A stretch of 64,000 nucleotides of DNA from NCBI GenBank assembly GCA_000165425.1, contig CT868208.1, positions 1 through 64,000 of the forward strand, written 5' to 3'. Under the pieces are notes generated by a model. That model worked only from the letters and a program-made list of their open reading frames with translations, was not told the origin of the DNA and did not search any database. Below are positions 28,095 through 42,800 of this stretch, one piece after another. Made by a program: the position numbers and the translations under genes. Origin of the DNA: Paramecium tetraurelia. Taxonomy: Eukaryota. Numbering within the stretch: the stretch's first letter is position 1; each line of letters starts with the position of its first letter.

Positions 28095-29166
28095 AATATT
28101 ATTATAAATAATTGATAAATTTCAATTTAATAATAATCTTCAGTAGTCATTCTAGATTAAACTCTTTAAAACTTTTAACAGATCATTTTTGAAATATCGC
28201 TTAAAATATTTCAATATTGTTATATATATAATAAAATATATTTTAACACTTATATTTAATAAGAAAATTAAAAAAAACCAATCAAATTTATTGCTAATTC
28301 TAAAAATGAATAAATGAGGAGTTCCTTTACAAGATCATGGCTAACAGTATGGAGATTTATTACAATTAAATATTCTATAAGATATAAAAACGAGAAACAT
28401 TAAAGATTAAGTGTAGTAACAGTCAATTATCATTAATTAAGAATCTTTATTCAATCGATTTATTAATAATAGTCCTTTCCTTCTAGGTTTCTTCAGAAAA
28501 ATGGTTGAAAATAATGTACATACTTAAACTGTGGCTGAGTAAATCATTTGATAAATTTATTTAGGAATTCTTTTAGCCCTAATAAATTTTATTAAAACTT
28601 AGAGTAATATCTCAAACTGACCAAGAATCCGAGATGGTTTATCCTGACAATAATTAGAAAAAAATAGTTACATCCCAATTACTTTGAACAACTACTTCCA
28701 AAATTATAATTATTCTAATTTAATCATTTCGAATTAGCTCTACAGTATATTTATTCATGTTGAATCATAATGATTTGGTAATTAATATGTTTCAATTATA
28801 AATTACAGATAGTTATGATTGATTCGGTTGGAACAATTTAAAATATCATTCAATCCATAAGCTAGAAATAAAGTCGAATTAAAAATGATTTGTTAGCATT
28901 TAATTTTCATATAATATTCCTTTATGACTGTGATATTAATTGTTTAATTTGATATAAATGCCATATGGCAACAGTTTAAAACAAGCAATAACTGCTTAAT
29001 TATTTAATATAGATATAATTTGATAAGATAATAGGGCTGGTTAATATTTGATTAGAATAAACCGAATTGATTTGATTGAAAAAGCAAGTAGTAAATTGGT
29101 CTTATTATTACTAAAGTGCGATTATATTAGAATGCAAAACGAATTAGAATTAATAAATATAATATT

Positions 29167-30473
29167 ATGATCAATAAATTTATGGGGTTATTCAAAAGTA
29201 GACCACCATTTTAAAGGAGAGTGGCAAATTCATCTCTGCTAAGCCAATCTGATGATATTTTATTGGATGATCTATTACTTCTAATTTCTTGCTTTGAGAA
29301 TAATCATTCAGAGTTTATAACAAAAGCACCGTCGTATTACATAGAACAGTATTTCTAGTTAACTTGTGAATAGTATCAAAATACATAAAAGTTTATAGGG
29401 AATTTGCTAACTCTTACATAATTAGGAATAAAGTTCTTTTGACTTGCCACTTAATGCTGCATGAATTCTAATTAGGTATTGATTTTGCGGATCACTTTCT
29501 GAATTAGAAGTTTTTAATTCTGATGAATAGGTAGTCACCGAGTCTTGTTAAAACAAATCATTAAAAATAGGAATGGTTATCTGCAAATATTTAGTTAAGC
29601 TATTTTTAATATTTACAAAAACTTGCTGTTAATATCTAAGTGTTTCATGCATGCAAAGTGTAGTAGTATCCATTGTTTTAGGAAGGATAAAAGTTTATAG
29701 ATATCCAGACAAAATTACTGTGGTTATTTAAGATAAGCAATTTGGTACATGAATTATTTATAGAAACAGGTGAATAGTGGTTTGGGATAGATGGAGACAT
29801 TCAAATCTGCATTATAAATGGTGCCTGAAGATATGTTGCTAAAGGAGATAGTGTTGGTGTACTGGTCAGACATAATTGTGTTTTACAATTTCTTAAGCAA
29901 AGAGGTATTACTGTATGGGAACTTTAGATTTTGCAATTGTTGGACTATTATAGACATTTGGCTACTCATATTAGTTTGTAGTTTTACGAATTATATTTAT
30001 AATTATTCCAAATAAGAAATTCTATATCAGATTTATATAAACATCGGAAGCATTTCGATCGAGATAATGTTATTAAGCAACCCAAATGGTTTGATGTAAA
30101 CAAGCCAGTTCATCAGTAAATTGAGGAATTTATGTTGAAATAAAAATTAAACATGGGTAATCACACTGACAGAGCTCTACAAAGACCGCAGATGTCAAGT
30201 AGAGGTTCTAAATCATAGATCGCTTTTGATGCAAAAATGGATTCAACAAAATTCTCCAGAAAAGAAAATACAGTCAAAACACATAGGGCTGGCAGGTAGG
30301 GAGAGAGCGATGGAGATGACGAGGACTTTGAAGAATTGAAATTAATACTCCAAAATTCAAATATGCAGTCTAAATTAGCCAAAAAGAAATAATAGCAAAA
30401 ACAAATGGATTCTCTGGTGTCTTTCTAAAAGCAATCTCGAGAAGAGGGCACTGATTTACCTAAAGGCGATTGA
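29167..30473 (+). CDS. Hypothetical protein with ANTH/ENTH-like N-terminus
   Basis: SYIIRNKVLLTCHLMLHE resembles the ANTH K.L...H.L helix; low-complexity acidic C-terminus; TGA at 30471-30473. Confidence 0.55.
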
Positions 30474-30525
30474 ATGAGAGATTGGTTGTAATAATAATTA
30501 ATGTTTTTATAAAATTAATTTAATA

Positions 30526-31099
30526 ATGTAATCAGGATATATTAATGCAGAAATGAGTGATTTCATAATTTAGCATACAACCTTCATTAATATTTAACCG
30601 AATTTTGATTTGGATAAGCTTCAATTCATTTCTGTAATATCCAAAATGATTAATTAAGGGATATTTTGGACCATTTAAAATTAATTAAATTGTAGAGGTT
30701 CCATTATGGGTGGCAATTGAATTGAAGAAAAAGAATAAATGCAGAGTAATACCTCCTGAATGGTTATCTATTGAAAGGTTGTAATAAAAACTTGATGAGG
30801 AAACCATTAATGAGTCGGAATTGGCAAGGATGGAATTATATTATTTTGAGATTTCTTCGATTTTGTTCTCTTATTGCAGAGATGATATCAAGGATGATGA
30901 TAAAATCAAATTATTGTTGGAGGACATCAAGACAAGAAGAGAAAGTAAAATTTAGAAGAAAATAGAGGAATTTATTGCAAGAGGGTCTGAGGCTCTAAAA
31001 ATAAATAACTTAAATCAACATGAAAGAAATAAAATTTACTCTAATTTTTATGGAGATTTAAAAAAATTGAGGTAATTGAAATTACTAGCAGAGAATTGA
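30526..31099 (+). CDS. PSF2: GINS complex subunit Psf2
   Basis: [57 protein letters not shown]...YYFEIS...[13 protein letters not shown]; one intron. Confidence 0.95.
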
Positions 31100-31132
31100 G
31101 AATATTTATATATTAAATTTATTGAAAATTAA

Positions 31133-32385
31133 ATGATTCATTCCTTAAAACCAAAGAAGAGATGCTAATCGATTTGTTATGAACATTAGTTCATTTTGAT
31201 ACCAAAATCTAGTGAATGTTGGATTAAGTCATAGATCACTCTTGATTATTGTCCTGTTTATAATGAGTACATATATTACATTACAAAAGATTCACCGGAT
31301 AGTTTGAAAACATAGTTCCTATTCTGAATTGCGATAGATAACCCGGACTCCCTACATTCATCCTAGAATATGATAGAACTCAATATTAATTCAATCTAGA
31401 GAGATATTAATAAGAACATCAATTGAAAATTGAGGAATAGAGAGTCAAGAAGACCAAAATGGTATTTAATTATTGTATCATATTTAAGTTAGTTCCAAAG
31501 CCTGGCAAAAAACATAGGTATTGTGGAGTCTGCAAAAAAAATTATGAAGAATATTTAGATGTATGTTGACTTTTTATCTTAGTTTAGCATATCCAATCCT
31601 AGGAGCATATAAATAATTTTAACAACTACAGAAGTGTTAATTTGATAAGAACTTTGATTCAGGGATTTTAGAATGTCATTAATCACGAATTCTCAGATTA
31701 AAAATAATCCAGCATCTTGTTTTGCGATTCAAATACCAAAATTCCCATGAATAAAGAGAATTTTGTTGCTTACTTTGATCAAGAAAGAATTGGAGTTCGA
31801 TTCCAAAAGCAATAGATTAAGGACATTCCTATGCTTGAATATAAAATTCCAAGTTCTAAAAGGGGAAGACCAGCCAAAACCAAATAGAAGAAAGAAACCA
31901 TTAAGAAAGCCAAGGTTCAAGAAGATATTCCAATCATCCCCCATTACTAACCTAATACGTATTTGGACTATTATTATTTATAATAATAATACATGTAGGC
32001 CTAGTAACAAATTTAAAATCAACAACAGTAATACTTATGCTATCCATAGCCTCAATAGTAGTACTTCAGAGACTGTATAAATTATTTTTATATTTTAGAG
32101 ATGCAGTATTTTAATTAAAATGCCTAATTGGATTTATAGTTTTATTAAAGCTTAATGTAATAGCAACAACATTTCTTATAATTAAAAGAAATAGAAGAAC
32201 GAAGAGAATACTCTGATCGTTCTTCTCTATGGTAAAAATTGATATAATTAACAAATTACTAATAACCGACTCAAAATGAAATAGTTTAACTCTTGCATAC
32301 CATCATAGAGTAATACGAATGTAATCCTCGTAACAATCAAAATCAAAATCTAAATCATAATAACAATGATTAGTAATTTTAATGA
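31133..32385 (+). CDS. DBF4-type zinc-finger protein with an AT-hook
   Basis: KHRYCGVCKKNYEEYLDHIQSQEHINNF matches the DBF4 motif-C finger; AT-hook KRGRP near 31860; Q-rich tail. Confidence 0.7.
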
Positions 32386-32655
32386 TTCTATTAATTTTAA
32401 TTGTTTGTTTTGTTTTTCATTTAATTGAATTTCAAATTAAATTACAAAAACAGTATTATTTATATTAATAATCAATCATCTCATAATTATATATAATATT
32501 GCTAGCGAATCCTATCGATAACAATGTGAAACCCATCTGATTCTGACTTAAAATTATTAAATCTATATATCGCCAAATGCAGAGTTAATTTTATTATTTT
32601 TGATCACTAACTAATATTAAATAGAAGTTGCATATTTAATTATTAAAAAATAAAA

Positions 32656-33495
32656 ATGTAGAAAACACAATTGGTGACTTTCTTGTAAAATGGGTCCAAT
32701 TATTATCCTTTTGGAGATAAACCAAATAACAGTTATTCACCAGAAGGAAAGTTTAAACCATTTATTTGTGAAAGAAATTAAGTCGGAAAACTTGTTAATA
32801 ATGAAAGTTATAACTTTTCATCAGTAAGAAAAAATACAAAACAAAGAACCAGCGAGTAAATAAATTAGATAGAAGCCGATACAATAATGAAACAGAAATT
32901 TCGTACAGAATTAGAATCTCCTAAATATGATCCAAATACTAAATATGTCACCTTGATACTAGCTGGATTGAATGCTGAAGACTTCTAAAAGCCAATTGAT
33001 ATTAAATCATACACTCTTAATCATAACTAAGTAGAAAGAGGTTAATTGATGAAAAAACAGTAAAAAGGACTTAATCATAAGCATTAATTAATCAGTCGAA
33101 GTACAAAAACTTTGACATCTTAGATTCCAGCTATTGGAATTTATGATCCTCTGCCTTTAATTAAGCACTTACCAAATATTTAGATTAAATCTAAGTCTAT
33201 TTAGAAATTACCAGAAGTTTGGGAAAGAAATAATTCAGTCTCAACACCAAAATAAGGTTTAAAACACTGTAAATCAGAAATGATGTTTGCAAAATAGATT
33301 GCTTAAATTAACAGAGAAGTTGAATAATAAATGAAAAGAAATCCTAATCAAAAGTTCGCAGTTTAACAATTCGACATAAATGAAAATATGAATTTGGAAG
33401 AAGCTGAACAAATGAGAAACAGAATGAAATAATATTTTCAAAGCGTTAAAGACAGCCTAACTAAAATAAAAAATTTAATAAATGTGAAGAGATGA
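32656..33495 (+). CDS. Hypothetical protein
   Basis: Uninterrupted 279-codon ORF under table 6 (MQKTQLVTFLQNGSNYYPFG...PAIGIYDPLP...). Confidence 0.7.
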
Positions 33496-34611
33496 GAACT
33501 TCAAGTATTAATTTATTGCTATCTCTATATTTATTCATAATTTAGATTAAATAATTATCATAATTCTAATAATTCGAAAAAAGATATTTCTTTTACAAAT
33601 TACGTTATAAAAATTTACAATAAAGTCTGAATCAACAACAGTCTTATTTTAATTTTAGAGCATCGAAGTTTACTTAATTCTTTAATTGTATCTTTTAGTT
33701 ATGGCATTTCTTGCAGATTTGTTGAATTTTCAGACTACATAAAATGATTTGAATTTCTTTAAATTTAATTGTTGTTGAACATGTGATTTCCTAGGCCTTT
33801 ATACTTTATTTAAACTTTATTCTAATTATCAATAATTTTAAACTCTTTTATTATAGTTGCATAATTTCACTATTATTATGAGAGATTAATTGCTGTTATA
33901 TATGAATATCAAGTATGTTGTATGGAATGATTTCACATCTAATTGTAAATTTATAATTCTTCCATCTTATAATATGTTTTTTAATTTAAATATCCTTTCT
34001 TATTATTCATTTAATTAATTTAATGATTAATTTAGTAAGCATCTCGCTTTTAAGTTCAAGTGGGATACTTTTCTAAATATTTATTTTTACAATTTATTCA
34101 TAAAGGTTGACCTTTTGGTAGATATTATTAATATATAAAATATACAAAAATCATTTGAAGTGTGGTAGTTCACTAAAAATACAAATATTTATTTAATCAA
34201 ATTATCCCTATTTTATGTGTTGAATCTCTAGTCGTTGTGTACTTATCAAGATTTTCAATGCTCTTTAGAAGAGTAAAAGAACGTGAAGCCAATATATGTA
34301 TATAGTAATAATTAAATAGAAAAATCAAATGTAATCACAATGAACCATACTATTATTACTGCTATTTAACTCCTTAGATATCTCTAATTTTGAAGTGCCT
34401 GACTAATTTCTTTTTTCCAAACAAAGAAATGGTTATAATATACTATTAGGAATACTAAATAATATTATTATATTAATTAAAAATTGGCTAAAATTATAAG
34501 GAGCCTAATAATTGTATATAAATTGTTCTAGATTCATTTAAATGTCTTACGTGTATAGAGTTTTAGATTTAAACTGAAATTAATTAAATTTAATATTATC
34601 ATTACTTTTAT

Positions 34612-36176
34612 ATGTAATCTGAGAGAGAAGAGTTTGTAGACGAGCTAACCTAATTGAAAATAGAGAGATCGAAAAGAAGACAAAGGAAAGAATGGGAATT
34701 GAAAATGATGGGAAAATGCATCAGTTGGTTGATTTATGCATACGCAGCAGGGATAATAACAACGGGATTGAACTATTTAATGGTAATAAAAGCCATCGAA
34801 CTATTAGTTAGATAAAAGTTATAAATATGAAGGAATTGTTGAGGATAGCTGTTCTGACTTTAAAACACTCAAATCAGTGAATGACTAAATATTCCCTCTC
34901 TTAGATGAATTGACTGTAAAATTAAAGAATTGAAATTATAGTACAAAAAATATTTTAAGATCTTCAGAGTGAACTTAGAAAATGATTGTCCATTTTCAAT
35001 AGGTGAATATATTTGCACAAGTAAAAAATGTGTGATATGTACTTGCAACACATCTGAAGTAAAGAACAGATTAATGTATTCTAGATTCCTTCAAATTGGT
35101 TATCTCCAGCATCATCGCCTATTAAATAACCAAAGGACAATTTTGCATTCTGGGATTCCGAGAGATACCTATGTAATTCCGTAAATGATGTGTAGCTCCT
35201 TCTGAATGGATATGGCATGTTGAGGATATCGAAAATGACAAGGGAGTTTACGTGGACTTAAAACTAAATCCCGAGGCTTTCACAGGATACCAAGGTCAAC
35301 ATATTTGGGATGTGATATACCGGGAAAATTGTTATTAAGGTTCTTTGAATGAAATGTGTAAGGAGAAGAGAGCTTTAAATAAATTGGTTCAAGGTTTGCA
35401 TACTTCAATCTCAACTCAATTGAGTGAATTCTATGTGGATTTATCGACCAACAAAACCTATCCAAATTATCCAATGTATTTTGAAAGAGTGGGCAACCAT
35501 CCTGAAAGAATCCGAAATCTGTTCTTTTTATATTCGGTTCTTTTGAGGGCAGTGCAATTGGCAACACCAGGGATCCAAAAACACGAAATAAATTCAATGT
35601 CGTTTGATGAAGATACTAGATCCCAATATTTATTGAATAATATCTTAAACTTAGGAAACAGTTAATGTTCCAAGGCTTTTGATGAATAATAGTTCTTCAA
35701 TTAAATAACCTTTGTAATTTATTAAGCATAAATATTGTTAGGAGTAAAAGAAAGATTATCAAAGATATATTCACAACATAAGTAGAATTATGGATTGTGT
35801 GGAATGTCAAAAATGTAGAGTATTTGGAAAGATGCAAACATATGGATTGGGAACAGCATTAAAGATTCTGTTCTCTGAATCTCCAAGTGAATTTTCAGGG
35901 AAGTTGAAAAGAAATGAATTGGTTGCTCTAATCAATACATTTGGGAAGGTGTCAAGTTCTGTAAAATCAATCGATTTAATGTTTGAAAGAAGGACTAGAT
36001 TCAATTACAATCTGATCGTTACAATCGGTATTGTTGGAGGAGTCTTCATTATATTCATGGTGGCAATCAGAAAAATCTACTAAGAAATGGACAAAAAAAT
36101 ATAAAACATGTTCAAAGGAATGCCTAGTGACAATCATCAACAACCTAGTAAAAACAATAAGAGCAAACGGGATTGA
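34612..36176 (+). CDS. ERO1: ER oxidoreductin ERO1
   Basis: [70 protein letters not shown] and the active site [29 protein letters not shown]. Confidence 0.95.
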
Positions 36177-36229
36177 ATTAAAACATAGATAGACATATAT
36201 ATATATTGTACCATTTTTATATATCAATT

Positions 36230-36693
36230 TCATTCTTATTGTTATGCTGTTTCGGTTCCTTCTGCTCTTCTTGGGCCTCTATTGCCACCTCTTCCGAAGG
36301 GCTTGTTTCCTCTGGGACCTCTTCTTTATTCAGGAACATCGTCTTCAAACTTTTTATCGGCTTTCTTGAAAGTGGCTGGGATTACATCTTCGACAATGCC
36401 TTTTACGATAGATGATTCTCATATACCCAATTTGTCTCTAACGTATTTAACACCTTCAGCCTTAAGGTAATAATAGTAGTATTGCCATGAGAATACCAAA
36501 TCAACAAGCTTTTTGTCTCTCAAGCTTCTCAAAAGCATCCAAACTTCCAAGTTCTTCACTCCTGTTTCTGCATGGAGTGGAAGAGCCATGTCCTTGAATT
36601 GTTATGAAAATATACCTTCTTGATAACAATAACACCTTCCAATAACAAATATTCATAGACCTTTCTTCTGTCTTATCTCTTTACTTGAACCAT
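36230..36693 (-). CDS. RPS10: 40S ribosomal protein eS10
   Basis: RRKVYEYLLLEGVIVIKKD...VKNLEVWMLLRSLRDKKLVDLVFSWQYYYYYLKAEGVKYVRDKLG...VIPATFKK; two introns. Confidence 0.95.
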
Positions 36694-36752
36694 GTAAAAT
36701 AATGGATTTGATTTATTTTAAATTTTAAAATAAAATAAGCAAATCCACAATA

Positions 36753-38305
<1,553 letters not shown>

Positions 38306-38382
38306 TATAATTATAAATTTAATATACATGAAAAAATATTTAAAAGGGTATTTTGAAATACGTAATTAATTAATTAACATAC

Positions 38383-39800
38383 ATGGAAAATAGAAGCAAA
38401 AGTGAGGCTAAGAAGGATAAAAGAAGAAAAAGAAGTAGAAGTAGATCCTAAAAAAAGGAGAAAGCATAATAAAAAAGTAAGAAATCTAAAGAAAGAAAGT
38501 CAAAAGAAAGAAAAAAGTAAGAGAAAAAACCAGAAAACAAGTCGATTAAAGAAAAAGAAGTTAAAGTTGAGGTACAAAAAAAGGTTGGAGAAAACGAAAC
38601 GAAAGAAGTATTAAAATAAAATAGATTTTAGTAACGAAACTCACGATTAAAAAAGGAGAGGAGAAACAGATCTAGATCTAATTCTGCTGTTAAACATTAC
38701 TAAAAGTAAATCTTAGCTAACAATCCTGCTTCTAAATAGAGTAAATTTTTATTTAAATTAATTATAGATGCCCTAGGCTATGACAAATAGGATAAATTTT
38801 GGAATGGTTTCACTTGGGTACCTAAAACAAATTTGCATGACAAGGTTAGAGATGATAAGGAGAAAGTAATGTCATTGACTAGTGGAATGAGAAGAATTTA
38901 AATTTGCAACATTCCTACAGGCTTGACTAATCGAGATCTTTATGCCGAACTGAGTAGATTTATGAATAGAAATTACTTAAACGATGTTGGCAATGCCAAA
39001 CCAATCTTATATTGCCATTTGAATGAAAAAGACAGAACCTGCACAATAGAGTTATCTTCTGTTGAAGAAGCCAATAGGATGCTAAAATTAGAGGATATCA
39101 AGTTATTGGATGAATCTTGTAAGATCTTTCGTCTTGGTGATAGCTTATATGGTATAAAATTCTATTATCATTTAGGTCAATCTGTGAATTCGTCATAGTT
39201 AGTCTAGTAAGCGCATAACATGGCCTAGGCGTAAGCTGCTGCCTATCTAGCATTAAAGTCACTTGGATATGCCAGGGGATAGAGGGAAGATGATGAAATT
39301 CTGGCTTAGACAGGTATCCCATCCAGGATTATAAAGGTTGGAAATTTTTTAAATGCTGCTATGGCAATAAATTTAAATAGAAATGAATGGAATGAAATGA
39401 GAGATGATTTATTAGAAGGATTTTCATAATGCAATTAATTTGAAGATGACTTCTTTGTTAGACCATTTCAAGCTGGTTTAGGAGGTATTTGTATTTTTTA
39501 TAACATTTAGCTGAGGCAGGTTCCCTATTTATTGTGTATTCAACTATTGAGGACGCATAAAAGATTGTGATATCAATGTATGGTAGAACTTATAATTAAA
39601 GGGCTCTAAAGATTATATTCATTAATGAATAAACTTATATTAGAAGTTATATTCCATTAAAATTGAAATAGCAGCCAGAAACAGAGGATATGTTAAATAG
39701 AGAATAGGATAAATATGATGACGAAGACTTTGAAGAAGAAGAAGAGTATTTAGATAAGATAGAGAATGGGTAAATTGTCGAGAATATTAATAAAAGTTGA
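38383..39800 (+). CDS. U2AF large subunit-like splicing factor (RS region, one RRM, UHM-like domain)
   Basis: RSRSRS N-terminus; RRIQICNIPTGL...GNAKPILYCHLNEKDRTCTIELSSVEEA resembles U2AF65 RRM1; PSRIIKVGN...NEMRDDLLEGFS...GSLFIVYSTIEDAQK...MYGRTYN is UHM-like. Confidence 0.75.
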
Positions 39801-39844
39801 GATAATTTGTTTTTTTAATATTTTGTTTGGAATAAATTGAATTA

Positions 39845-42800
39845 TCAGTTAAGTTTACGTTTACTTTTTAGTTTTGGCTCAACTTCATCAATATTATTAC
39901 TATTTGGTTCATCATTATCCATTTATTTTAGCTTTCTTGCTTTTTTCTATATTTTAGGTAAATCAAGATCATCTTAAAACACTTGATTTTACTCCAGTTC
40001 AATTTGATCATCTAATTTTAAATCTAATTCATTCATGTCATCTTGCTATTCTTCCTGAATTGGAGATGCCTCAGGAAGATAATAAACAACTTATTTCCTC
40101 TCTCTTTAACCTCTGCCATATTCTTTAACTTCCTGAACTTCATTTTATTTAGATGTAATCCATTCTGGAACTTCATCATCTTAAATTAATCTATAATTAT
40201 AATATTGATCATCCTTATTCTCATTAAAGTTTTTATAAATCAATTTTTCTTGTTCATACCTCTATCTATCCAATTCATTAAACATCTCAAATTCTTCTTC
40301 ACTTCTTGCTATCCATTCATTAATTTAAGTATCATCAGGAATCTCTTCTGCTTCAAACAAGTCCACTTTATTCTTTTGTCTAAAGAAATCTTGTAAGCGT
40401 TCTCGTCTTTCTTGATCAGTTGATCTTTAATTATACAATCCTGCTTAAATGATAACTGCATCCAATCCCATCTTGTGTTCAGCCTTACTGAGAATATTCC
40501 CCTCTATTTATGTAGCTGTAATCAATCTGAGTACTCTAACCTCATTTTTTTATCCAATTCTATACGCTCTATCTTATGCTTGCAAATCCATCATGGGATT
40601 CCAATCACTATCAAATAATACAACGGTATCTGCAGATTATAGATTCAATCCCAATCCACCAGCTCTTGTACTTAATAAGAAGATATTATAGATTGAATTT
40701 TCTTAATTAAACAATTGAATTCTAGATTCTCTATCTTCTGATTTAGTTGATCCATCCAATCTCAAATATCTCCATCCTCTATACTCAAAAAATGCTTCCA
40801 TTATATCCATTAATTATGTCATTTAACTAAATATTAGTAATCTATGTTTAAAGTATAACAATTTGGGTATAATTCTATCCAATAACTCAAATTTTCCACT
40901 GGATCTCCAAATTTCATCTGTGACTCTATTCATATCCAAATTCAACATAAATAGATAGGGATGATTACAAATCTTTCTTAATTGCATCATCAAATTCTAT
41001 AATGCTTAAGACCCACTCTTCCCTGATTATTAATCAAAGGTCATAACTCCTCTTTAATTAATTTAATCATATATTTTCTTTTGCCATGCTGATAACTTTA
41101 TCTTAATAACATATTCTGTTTTTCTTGGTAATTCTTTCTCAACATCCTTCTTCACTCTTCTTAATAAGAATGGTCTCAGCACTTAATGCAATCTATTAAT
41201 AATAAGCAATTATTCTTCTTCATCTAATTAGATATCCTTCTCACTTGCTCCCATAATATTTAATGGCGTCTGAAACCATTTTTCAAAATCTTCACAGGAT
41301 GAAAACACTTTTGGTAACAAGAAATTCAATAAAGCCCACAATTCAGCAATGTTATTTTGTAATGGAGTTCCTGTAAGTAATAATCTTCTTTCACTCTAAT
41401 ACTATTATCCTAAGATCATTGCGAATTTGCTTCTTGAATTCTTCATCCTATGTCCTTCATCAACTATTATATATTTCCATTCATATTTTGACAGAGTTAA
41501 CTTGTCCTTAAGTACATACTCATAAGTTGTAAGACAAATGTTCCACTTAGTTGTTCTCATTTATTTTGAGATCTCCTTCCTTATTTAAGGAGAACCCTTG
41601 TAGATTATTTTTTTAATGGATGGAGCCCACTTCTCAAATTCATTGGACCAATTACTCAAAGTTGACAAAGGAACAATAATAAAGTATGGTCCAAAATTCT
41701 TCTTTGTTTCTATCAAATAACATAAAAGAGAGATTGTTTGGATTGTCTTACCCAAACCCATTTCATCAGCCAAAATACCATTCAAATTGTTATTATACAG
41801 ACTGACCAACCAATCTAATCCTTGTAATTAATATTGTTTCAATTATCCCCCTTCCAATAATGCTGGTTACTGTGTTATGACCTCTTTTATTTTATGAGTT
41901 ATGTTATAATATACTTTATTAGCTTAATTTAATTCATACCCCAAACCATTGCTAGAATTGATATTATCTATCACTTCATCTTCCTCTGTAATTTCTTCCC
42001 CTTTCTAAATCTTCACTCTTGCCCCTATATCCTTTAAAAATTAATCTGTTTATCTCAAAATCGAAACCACTCTCTCTTTTTTTGCCTCATCTAGTTTCTC
42101 CAAAACCTAAAGATAAGTTTCTAGATTTCCTCTTCTGATGTGTTCTATTCTCAACTGTTTATCTCTTTATTATTCTCTTTATTCCAACACAACCTTAAAC
42201 TAAACACTTCTTTTTCTTGCATGTTTGTATTTCTTTCTATGAAATTCCATAAACTCAATCTAATGTGCAAATATTGCTGACATGAACTCCTTTTACTTTA
42301 TCTTCTTTCTTCTTGCTTACTCATGTCTTATCATGCTTAATTCAAATTTGTCCGACAACTTACTCTCAGTTCTCCTCTGAGGCTTATCTCTTTTAAAATA
42401 ATTTCTATCTAGTAATAATCTTTCCAACATCCTTGATTACAATACTGCCTAATTTTCTTCCTACAATAATGGATTCAAGATAGACTCTTTAACTTTCAAA
42501 TAAAATTCCTTTGAATTTATAAACAGTAATTCAATCTTCAAACTCACATATTTTGGATCATTTTGGTGGGTTTTCTTTAGCTCCGATTCTATATCCAATC
42601 TCCTCTTCTCCAAATACCCTTGCATTCGTTCACTAAATAAGGACATATCCTAAGGTTTCATATCAAAGACCATACATCGCAAGTTTAATCCAATTTAAGC
42701 TTCGGATACCTGTCTCTAAAAATTGATTTGAGTTCCTCATTTTTATCAATTTTGTCATGAAAATATTGAATCGAGTTCTAGAATATCTTTTCCCTCTCTG

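Noticed and set aside
38402..38614. Lys/Arg-rich 70-aa ORF from the track
   Set aside because: Off-frame reading of the RS/basic region of the U2AF-like gene.
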